NCBI GenBank assembly: GCA_951406725.2
Contig: OX597818.1
Location: 36,828,001 to 36,892,000, forward strand
DNA from: Octopus vulgaris
Taxonomy: Eukaryota
Direction: 5' to 3'
DNA: 64,000 nt
Numbering within the stretch: the first letter of the stretch is position 1; every line of letters begins with the position of its first letter. The notes beneath the pieces are model-generated. The model saw only the letters and a list, made by a program, of their open reading frames with translations, made no database searches and had not been told where the DNA came from. The position numbers and the translations under genes are program-made. Positions 54,091 to 64,000 of this stretch are shown here, in pieces.

Positions 54091-55195
54091 TCCATCACAG
54101 AAATATTAACTATATTTTAATAAGAAACCACCGAAATTTCTCTACAAAAATATTAACTGTATTTATAACCTAGAAACCAAAATTCCTTCACAGAAATTTT
54201 ACCTATATTTTAAACCCACCCACTACAATTCTTTTACAGAAATGTTACCTATATTTTATACCCCCCGCTCACACACCCCCACACACACGACTCTTTCATA
54301 GAAATATAACCTACATCTTAACCTCACCAACCAAAAATTCCTTTGCATAAATGTGGTTTCTCAGACTGCTTTCTTTCATGTAACAGAGAAATACCCTACA
54401 TTTGAGAAATATGGATGGGAGGGGAATGAAGGTGAGCGAAGAGTTTGTTAAATATAAAGTATAATTATGATTCCTTTCTCAAAAGTGGTAACAACCGGCG
54501 TGGGGTGAATTGAAAAATTCTTCCAAAACGGCAATATGTGAAATAGTATTATTTTATCGTTATGCCTCAGCAACGCGGCACACGCGGTGGAGGAGAGGAA
54601 GGCTTACCTCAACCATTTCTCAACGCTAAACGTCGCCGATGTAGTAGAAAGATGAATGAATTCTGTGAATGAATGAATGAGTGAATGGATAAATGAATAA
54701 TCAGGCATAGATACAAGCACACACACGCGCACATTCACAAAGAAAAGATGTGATTTTATTGAATATATTGCGTAGGAGAGAGTGGAATGTTTCGAAAGAA
54801 ATACTTGAAATTCCTCTGATGACGTAAGCATTCCTTCGTTGTCTTCATAAACTTCACAACTCTGTGTCACATGATGATACCCTCCCTCCCTCCCTCCCAC
54901 CTCCCAATCTCTATCCATTTTACTCTGTCTCTGTTTCTCACTTTCGCTATCCCCCTTTCTCTCTCTCTCTCCCTCTCTGTGTTTCACACTTTCGCTATCC
55001 CCCTTTCTCTATCTCTCTCCCTCTCTGTGTTTCACACTTTCTCTTTCTCTCTCATTCTGTGTTTCTTCTCTTATACACTTACTGTGGAATTTAATTTACA
55101 AGCCACTCTGTCTTCGCCCTGCCATATACGTTCTCTCTTAATCTCTTTTTTTATCGCTTTCTCTCGCTCTCACACTCTTTCTTTCTCTCTCTCCC

Positions 55196-55235
<40 letters not shown>

Positions 55236-56164
55236 TCCCTTTCTTCTCTTAGTCTGTCTCCACCGTCCCACTTTTTGGCGTTGCTATAATCCACCACCAC
55301 CACCAACAACAGCAACAATAACTATCCAAAGTGGGAAGGAGGGAAGGAGCGCTACGTAGTCGCTCAGGTCAGCAAGAAATAGCAACCATTTCTCCCTCAA
55401 AATTATACCTTACTATCTATCGTAGAAAAGTACACATCAGACAACGTGGTATACGGCTGGAATGCCTTTGGTTGTAAGATAATTTCGTCAGCGTTGACCT
55501 GGTGACTGAACAACAACAACAACAACAACAACTACTACTACTACTACTACTACAATTTCATTATGAATTCCGCGACCTTTATTACCAGTAAAACGAGGAC
55601 GTCATTCCACTCACAACCCTCCCTTTCACTCACACTCGAAGATATATGTGAACGTCAGTCGAGAGGAGGAGGAGGGGAGGGTTAGGGGTAAACGAGTGGA
55701 TTGGGTTGGGGTGGGGGTGGGGGTGGATATTGATGGCTAACATCGCGTCACAATGAATGGCATCGCGTCACATAATAAGAATGGTCGTCTTGTAGTTGTT
55801 GTTGTTGTTGTTGTTACTACTACAGCTGCTGCTGCTGCTGCTGTTGAGGAACATATCAAATCAATGAAGAAAAGGCCCCTGCCTGATAGAATATTGAATG
55901 CATACCAGCAACCATTGCATTGCCACGACCAGTGCTTCTTCCAACCACCACCACCACCACCATCACCATCACCATTACCACGCCAAACTTCTTCTTCTTC
56001 TACTACTACTACTACTACGAGAAACAAAGCACTATTATACGTGTGTATGTGTGTCTGTTTATATATTAGTATGCGTACGTGTGTATTTGTTGGGGGTGGG
56101 GGTGGGGTGTTTGTATCTGCACGCGCGCCCGCGCGAATACACACATTTTTCGCATTTTATCGTT

Positions 56165-56690
56165 TTTCTTTTACTTGTTTCATTCATTGGACTGTGGCCG
56201 GCCATGCTGGAGCAACCACCTTGAAGAATTTTTTAGTGGAATGTATTGACCCCCCCCCCCCCAGTTTCTTATTTTTATACACCCTGTGCATTTTTTTCAT
56301 CGGTCTCTTTTGGCCAACCGCTAAGCTCCAGCGACTCAAACAAACAAACCAACACCGGTTGACAACTGATGGTCGGAAACGAACAGAAGCACGAAGTTAT
56401 ATAAACATAAATACATACAGACATATATGTGCATACATATGCATGTGTGTGTGTGTATGTATGACTGTGTGTGCTTGTATGCATACATACATACATATAA
56501 ATGTGTGTGTATGAATGTATGTGTGTGTGTATATATATAACCGATGGGCTTCATACATTTTCCATCTAACAAATTCACTCACAAATCTTTGTTTTCCCGG
56601 AGCTATAGTGGAAGACACGTATCCGAAGTGCCACACAGTGGGACTGAACTCGGGACCGTGTGGTTAGAAACAAACTTCTTACAATACAGT
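56165..56690 (-). mobile_element. CORE-like SINE
   Basis: Reverse complement of the family sequence. Confidence 0.75.
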
Positions 56691-56782
56691 CACAATGTAT
56701 GCATGCATGTGCATGTATAAACACACACACACACACACACACATATTTTTTTTTTTTTTTTTGTACTTGTTTCAGTCATTTT

Positions 56783-56898
56783 GGAGCTTTTAGGTGTTTT
56801 TCGCTCAATAAACACACACAACGCCCGGTCTGGGAATCGAAACCGCGATCCTCCGACCGCAAGTCTGCTGCCCTAACCACTAGGCCATTGCGCCTCCA
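56783..56898 (-). mobile_element. OR-like SINE head nested in a CORE-like SINE tail
   Basis: Reverse complement of the tRNA-Arg head. Confidence 0.75.
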
Positions 56899-56999
56899 AT
56901 ATATATATATATTCTTTTATTCTTTTATTTGTTTCAGTCATATGACTGTGGCCATGGTGGAGCACCGCCTTTAGAGCAAAATAGGACCCTAGGGATCCT

Positions 57000-57149
57000 G
57001 GGCGTGGCTGTGTGGTAAGAAGCTTACTCCCCAGCCACATGGTTCAGGGTTCAGCTCCTTGGGCAAGTGTTTTCTACTGTAGCCTCGGGCCTACGAAAGT
57101 CTTGTGAGTGGATTTGGTAGGCGGAAACTGAAAGGAGCCCGTCATATAC

Positions 57150-57182
<33 letters not shown>

Positions 57183-57380
57183 AGTGTGTGTAAATGTATC
57201 TACATGTGTCTGTCTTAGTGATTGTGTTTGTCCCCCTCTACCGCTTGACACCCGGTCTTGGTATGTTTGCCGCACTTGGCGGTTCGCCAAAAGAAACGGA
57301 TGAAATAGGTACCAGCCTTAAAAAATACAAAGTGATGAGGTCATTTCATTTGACTAAAAATTCCTCAAGGAGGTGCCCCA
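57000..57380 (+). mobile_element. CORE-like SINE
   Basis: ggcgtggctgtgtggtaagaagc...ggtgccccagca. Confidence 0.8.
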
Positions 57381-57574
57381 GCACACACACACACATGTAT
57401 ATATATTTATATATATGTATGTAGCGTATACATGTCTTATGCATCTGTATACATGCACACACACACACACAAACACATACACACGCACGTACACACAAGT
57501 AAGCACATAGGTGCAAAACATGGTAAAAAAAATATAGCACTCGAATACCAAAGGGCAGAGCAAAATACTATTTC

Positions 57575-57773
57575 ATTAAAACCGATAAAAACTTGAAAAA
57601 AATGTTACTGAGAGTTTCATGTGACCGTTCGTCAGACAATTATTATGAATCAGGGCAATGAAGTTTTATAAAATTGTTATAAATTTACATTATTCTTTAA
57701 TATCACAACTATCGGACGAATGCACGCGTGAAACCTCTGAGTAACAGTTCGTGACAATATTTTCGGCTTTAAT
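57575..57773. mobile_element. ~200-bp fold-back with two divergent hammerhead-like motifs
   Basis: Minus 57603-57638: tgt-CTGACGA-acggtcacat-GAAA-ctctcag-TA-aca. Plus 57710-57746: CGGACGA-atgcacgcgt-GAAA-cctctgag-TA-aca. Confidence 0.7.
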
Positions 57774-58164
57774 AAATAATATATAATTGTATATATATAT
57801 ATATAGTATAAATATTATTACAATACAATAGTATTATTTTCCAGCAAAATAAAGCACCGTAAAGGTAGAATTACAAATAGGAAATAGTAGCACAACAAAG
57901 CAGCAATATTTGCTGGAAATAGCAGTCGATAATCGTACGACGCTATGTAAAGCTTCACCGAATGTATAGCGGCAAATGTGTGTACGGACGGCGAACATAA
58001 AAAATTCTCGTCTTACCTCCAGGAATTAGATATCTATATCTTATATATATATGATATATTATATATAGATATATATATGATATAATATATTATGTATATG
58101 AATATCTATATATATATATATTTATGTATGTATTTATAAATAATATATATATTATATATACATA

Positions 58165-59445
58165 TGTGGACCCCTCTTCCAAAAGGATGGCTCCCTCGCA
58201 GACAGTCCAACTAGGATCAGTGATGTGTTGAAGGACCACTTCAAAAGTGTCTTTACCACCCCGTTTGGAACACAAACAAGTGAACGAATCAGTGGACTTC
58301 TTTGCCGCCTCACCTATAACCAGCGAGGCAGTTACGATGGAATACATCGATATTAGCGAAGAAGATATACTACTAGCCATAGATGAAGTGGACACAAACT
58401 CATCTGCTGGTCTCAAATCGTGTAAGCATGCCCTGGCAAAACCCCTCCAGATTCTCTTCCAGAGCTTTCTTGCAAATAGCAGACTGCCAAGCAAACTGAA
58501 GGAGGGAATAATATGCCCAATCCATAAAGGGGGAAGCAAAGCAGATGCCAAAATCTATAGTCCTATCTCTCTAACTTCACACATCAGCAAAATCATGGAA
58601 CGGATAGTCAGAGGGAAACTAATCGGATTTCTTGAAGAAAATAACTTGCTGAGTGATACCCAGAATGGCTTTCGACCAAGTAGGCGCTGCCTGACAGAGC
58701 TCTTACGACATTATAACTGGGTATTGAGGCAATTACTCAACATCTCAAATGTGGACGTAATATACTTTGATTTTGCAAAAGCTTTTACAAAGTGAATCAT
58801 GGTATGATATGCAACAAAGTGCGTGATCTGTCGGCATAGCTGGAAAACGTGGAGAGTGATCCACCTCAGCTAAAGTCAGTTGTGGTGTCCCACAAGGTAC
58901 AGTGTTGGGCCCACTCCTCTTCATTATTTACATCAACGGCATAAAAGATGTCATTAAACATTCTACACTGAAAATCTTTGCAGATGATTCCAAACTCCAG
59001 AAACCCAAAAACGGCATGTGAGACTGAATATGCCTTCTGTTGGATCTCTTTGCTATTATCCAATGGGTAGAAAAAAACAATATGCTTTTAAATGAAGATC
59101 AGTTTGATTTGATCCACTTTGGGAAGGAGACAACTCTGAAATTACAATGTGCTCTTCCCTCGGGCGACTCTCTAGTGTCATCCAACTTTACCAGAGATCT
59201 TGGAGTGATTATTGATAACAATTTAAGCTGGAGTTCCCACGTAAACAGCAAGGTTAACTTGGCCTGAAAGATGTGCTCCTGGATTTTGAGAACTTTTCGG
59301 TTAGGAATGCCTACACCATCATCCTTCTCTTCTCTACTTTTGCCCGATCCCATTTTGAGTACTGTGGCCCACTGTGGTCCTCTCCTCATACGAAATAACT
59401 CATTATAAAGATAGACGGCATGAGGAGCATTGATTATTGGGGATT
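58165..59445 (+). mobile_element. CR1-type LINE reverse-transcriptase relic (frameshifted)
   Basis: PIHKGG..YSPISLTSHISKIMER..QNGFR..DFAKAF, GVPQGTVLGPLLF, IFADDSKL, RDLGVIID. Confidence 0.9.
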
Positions 59446-59672
59446 TATGGAGGGTCAAATTTGTGGAGTATTTTCTTTGACAAGAGAAAAAATAGAAGAG
59501 GGAGATAGGATACGTCCAGTCTTTTGGACAGTCCTGAAAGGAAAGGAAGACGATCGCGTGAGGAAAAGAAAGATGGACGATGGTCACATGTGAGCAGCGA
59601 AAGAGGGGTGAGAGAGATACAGATAGAAAACGGTGAAGGGGAGAGAATGAATATCATATCATATATCATATC

Positions 59673-59747
<75 letters not shown>

Positions 59748-59764
59748 CATACATACATACATGA

Positions 59765-60140
59765 AAGAGCTTGGCTCAGTAGTTATGGCGTCGAATTTAC
59801 AATCGCGAGGTTTTGAGTTTGATTCCCGGATGCCGTCCCGCCGCGTGAAACCTTTGACAAGTTTCTTCTGCTATAACTACGGGATTAATAATGCCTAGCA
59901 GATGGAAACTGTACGAAATCCTTTTGTATATGTGCATATCATTCTGTTGATTCGCATAAGACTTCACAACCTGTATTGGTTTGTTTACGTCACCGTAACT
60001 TTTCGGTTTAGCAAAAGTGAACGAACGAGTAAGTACCAAACTTGAAAATAATAAGGACTGGAAACGGTCTGCTCGACTCAACCCTCGAGGGCAATACCCA
60101 AGCATGGTCGTTATCCAATGACTGGAACAAGTAAAAAGTA
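59765..60140 (+). mobile_element. Old CORE-like SINE
   Basis: Diverged head, body and actggaacaagtaaaa tail. Confidence 0.6.
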
Positions 60141-60862
60141 AAAAAAGGATTAGGTGACGTTCATCACGGATTACAGCACGTTCAGTTTTGCAATGTAATC
60201 GCCGTTGTTTTCATGGCGGTTCATCCAGTTTGGGGATAATCTTGGATGGATTAGCAGCAACTCAAGCACTTTTCTCTCACAGACCTGTTGCAACATTAAA
60301 AAAAGTTAGAGCAGATGTCTTTTTCCAATTTGAGGACCCTTGCGCCAAATCACCCAGTTCACTAAACACACGTTCACTGAATCACATGTAGGTCGAAGAT
60401 CGTCTGACAATAACGGTCTCAATGTCACCCGTTCACAGCTCAGCAGTTGTCTGTACGCTGCACCGGGGCTGGTTGACACGCTATTTACATGTTCGGTTCT
60501 TCGTTGTGCATAATTCATCCTTCTACTAAATTGTTTTAGTGCAAGGTTACTCATATTTCTCAGAATTAATTAATTCATAAGCTTCATGGTATGTTATTTA
60601 ATTTCACTCGAGCATTAGATTGCCAAATGTGCGCCACTAGATGATTTATTTTGATGGAGAAACATAATTCTATCTGAATCGAGGCTGATAAGATCCACCG
60701 TTGTTGACGTCACGATTCATTGGCTGTTACACTCGAATGTTCTCTCTTGAGCTTATAACACAAAACTTGTTTCCAAACAAGGCAGCAAACACTTCCTTCT
60801 ACAACATTTATTAATATATTTATGTTTATTTTTTTCTCGATAGTGACGTATATATATATATA

Positions 60863-61019
60863 GTGACGTATATTTGCCATTTGAATATGGCTAACCCTGA
60901 AGGGTGGATGCTACTGTGGTTTGTAGCCCCAGGAGAACACCTCCTTCAGCTGGCTACAGACACACTTTCTGTGCCCTATCAGTAGCATCCACCCTTAGGG
61001 GTTAGCAAATATACGTCAC
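60863..61019. repeat. Small fold-back element
   Basis: gctaaccctgaagggtggatgctactg / cagtagcatccacccttaggggttagc and gtgacgtatatttgc / gcaaatatacgtcac. Confidence 0.8.
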
Positions 61020-61062
61020 GATGTGTTGCTGCTACTGTTTCTAACTCACTCTGAGATTTATC

Positions 61063-61136
<74 letters not shown>

Positions 61137-61150
61137 AATATATATATATT

Positions 61151-61227
<77 letters not shown>

Positions 61228-61469
61228 CTAATTAATATATTTATTGTCTGCAAAATGCATTTTCAGTATGATGACTGATATCTGCTTAATTTAAAGGACA
61301 AACTACAGCTAGTGATTTGCAATCTAATAAAAAATCTCTACCCCCACCTCTCTCTCTAGCTATCTATCTCTCCCACTTTCCCCTCTCTTTCCTTTTCTCT
61401 TTCTTTTTATATATTTATGGTGCCTCAACATGATCACAAACAAGTGCAGAAACAAGTAAAAGATGAGGT

Positions 61470-61492
<23 letters not shown>

Positions 61493-61510
<18 letters not shown>

Positions 61511-61742
61511 TTTTTCTTAATACCCACAAGGGGCTAAACACATAGGGGACAAACAAGGACAGACAAACGGATTAAGTCGATTATATCGACCCCAGTGCGT
61601 AACTGGTACTTATTTAATAAACCCCCGAAAGGATGAAAGGCAAAGTCGACCTCGGCGGAATTTGAACTCAGAACGTAGCGGCGGACGAAATACCGCTAAG
61701 CATTTCGCCTGGCGTGCTAACGTTTCTGCCAGCTCGCCGCCT
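61493..61742 (-). mobile_element. Well-preserved Nin-domain SINE with poly(A)
   Basis: Complete head and core; T-run at the left end. Confidence 0.85.
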
Positions 61743-61828
61743 TCATACATAAATATATATAACCATACATGCATATATATATATATATGTGTGTGCACGT
61801 GTGTGTCTGTGTGCGCGCGCTCGAGTGC

Positions 61829-61891
<63 letters not shown>

Positions 61892-62479
61892 CATTTTTCT
61901 AAGTATAAGTGTGTGTGTATGCTTGTGTATGTGCACGCACGGTGAGTGCCAGTCTGTGTACGTATCTGAAAGTAGATTCACATCTCTACATCACAACATT
62001 CAACAAAAGTGTTCAATAACTAATTAAGAATAAATTAGACCGATGACCAAAGTCCATTATAGGGGAAAAAAGTGAGAACTCAAAATACACTAATACATAC
62101 ATATACAGATGTACACACACACACACACATACATACATACATATATGCATAGACACACATATATATGATAAACACATAATATGCATATCACACACACACA
62201 CATATATGCCCACGCGGCGCGAGCGCACACACAGACACATACACACACGTGTTTGTATGTATGCCTGGACAACTGCGCTATAAAATTCATCTTGCACTTT
62301 CATGCAGAGGTCCAAATGGATATTCACAATTGGCAGTGGATATCAAGCAGGGATAGTATTGCTGATTGCCACTCAGTTACTTCTGTTTGTGCGTAAGTGC
62401 GTCTGTACATAAACGCACACACGCACACGCACACACGCGCGTACAGAAACTCAAACATACCACGCACTAATAAATACAT

Positions 62480-62552
<73 letters not shown>

Positions 62553-62608
62553 ATAGGTAGATACATACATACAGACAGACATATAGATAGACAGACAGAT
62601 AGACAGAC

Positions 62609-62666
<58 letters not shown>

Positions 62667-62691
62667 GCAAGCAGATAGACACATATATCAC

Positions 62692-62818
62692 TTTTTTTAT
62701 TGACCATACAGGGCTGAACACAGAGGGGACATATACAAATGTAGACCTTTTCTTTTCGAAAAGGAAAAGAAAAGAGAAAAAAGGAACAAATGTAAAATTC
62801 CGATCAAAAGGGATCGGG
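62692..62818 (-). mobile_element. Shorter copy of the 7301-7744 3' UTR, next to (GATA)n
   Basis: tttattgaccatacagggctgaacac and cgatcaaaagggatcg are shared with 7301-7435. Confidence 0.55.
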
Positions 62819-63370
62819 GATAGATAGATAGACACACACACACATATGTAGGGCAACTTTATATTGAGCTCTTTAAGGTTTTTCACACAAACCCATAGAG
62901 AACAAAAAGCATAAAGAACATTCTTGCTGACGGAGATCATGAGTATGTTACCTATACTTTTGACAATCATGTATGTATAAGAGAGAGAGCGAGAGAGAGA
63001 GAGAGGGGGGGAGAATGAAAGAGAGGAAGAGGCTGTATGTGTGAATGGAAACATGGGAAAATATGGAAGGGCGAAGATCGTGTGAAATAAAACATATATT
63101 TCCTTCACTAAGGTGAAGGAATGTAGTGCAGTATTAGTAATATTGTAGTAAATAAAGGATTCATTCGTTCATTCGACTAAACCGGCCTCTCGAATAAAAC
63201 TGACATTTGCAGCTATCAAGCAAACCCTGGGTAGTCGCTGAGTCTACCGTTACACCGCATTCTATGGCATATTGGATAACTTTATGTGCAAATACTTTGT
63301 GTCCGAATATGAGGTGGGTTGATAACAGTTGAAATGGATTTCATTTATTTTAGGTTTGCTTAATGAGATG

Positions 63371-63675
63371 GTGGAGGCGCAATGGCCCAGTGGTTAGGGC
63401 AGCGGACTCGCGGTCGGAGGATCGCGGTTTCGATTCGTAGACCGAGCGTTGTGTGTGTTCATTGAGCGAAAACGCCTAAAAAGCTCCACGAGGCTCCAAC
63501 AGGGGGTGGTGGCAACCCCTGTTGTACTCTTTCGCCACAACTTTCTCTCACTCTCTCTTCCTTGTTTCTTGAGTAACGCTGCGATGGACTGGCGTCCCGT
63601 CTAGCTGGGGGGAACACATACGCCACAGAAACCGAGAAACCGGGCCCATGAGCCTGGCTAGGCTTGAAAAGTGTG
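63371..63675 (+). mobile_element. OR-like SINE (V/Meta-like tail)
   Basis: tRNA-Arg head; gcgatggactggcgtcccgtc..gaaacc. Confidence 0.85.
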
Positions 63676-63715
63676 AAGTTTATCGTTTAATGTGAGATGA
63701 TCTGGTATTAAATGA

Positions 63716-64000
63716 CAATGGATGGAAGCACTCCGTCGGTTACGACGACGAGGGTTCCGGTTGATCCGAATCAACGGAACAGCCTGCTCGTGAAATTAAC
63801 GTGTAAGTGGCTGAGCACTCCACAGACACGTGTACTCTTAACGTAGTTCTCGGGGATATTCAGCGTGACACAGAGAGTGACAAGGCCGGCCCTTTGAAAT
63901 ACAGGTACAACAGAAACAGGAAGTAAGAGTGAGAGAAAGTTGTGGTGAAAGAGTACAGCAGGGATCACCACCATCTCCTGCTGGAGCCTCGTGGAGCTTT
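63716..64000 (-). mobile_element. OR-like SINE body with a fourth 3' module (possibly Ceph-domain/RTE tail), cut by the window edge
   Basis: The right end matches the OR-like body; the tail ends cctcgtcgtcgtaaccgacggagtgc. Confidence 0.7.

Larger units (their letters stand above)
43530..54350. repeat. Degenerate ~47-bp satellite array, interrupted by insertions
   Basis: Consensus ~CACAGAAATATTAACTATATTTTTAACCTAACCCACCAAAATTCCTT; for example monomers start at 54096, 54143, 54189 and 54235. Confidence 0.9.

Noticed and set aside
43530-54350. CRISPR-like repeat-spacer array
   Set aside because: Whole monomers are homologous and degenerate, with no unique spacers and no cas genes, in a eukaryotic context.
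54820-54860. CTGATGA hammerhead core near 54816 (also 53852 and 4420-4490)
   Set aside because: No properly placed GAAA, stems or cleavage triplet.
55753-56514. 253-aa ORF
   Set aside because: A concatenation of simple repeats and an antisense SINE.
60150-60640. Mariner/Tc1 relic (ENNGDYI); similarly 8860-9150 (SGVHFEK)
   Set aside because: Single short C-terminal motifs with no paired TIRs found.
63371-63445. tRNA-Arg gene (and similar heads elsewhere)
   Set aside because: Continues into a SINE body and lacks a clean acceptor stem or T-run terminator.

Overview
AT-rich animal DNA with no recognisable host protein-coding gene. The repeat content points to a coleoid cephalopod, most likely Octopus (inference): tRNA-Arg-headed OR-like SINEs, Nin-domain SINEs, CORE-like SINEs, and dense (TA)n/(GATA)n/(ATT)n tracts. 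Almost all supplied ORFs are microsatellite or SINE read-through. Real coding relics are all transposon-derived: R4/Dong, CR1-type and RTE LINE fragments and one full-span mariner. The most interesting signals are: (1) Penelope-type minimal hammerhead ribozyme motifs, several as divergent pairs in 200-300 bp fold-back elements, with one intact-core copy inside a Helitron; (2) an ~11 kb degenerate ~47-bp satellite containing TAACCC, with a precise A|T Helitron insertion whose 3' end is palindromic; (3) 3'-module swapping among SINEs and LINE-SINE tail sharing; (4) a putative (GATA)n-targeting retroelement; (5) several inverted duplications that could form dsRNA. Everything was read by eye, so repeat boundaries are approximate and family names come from motif recall, not database searches.
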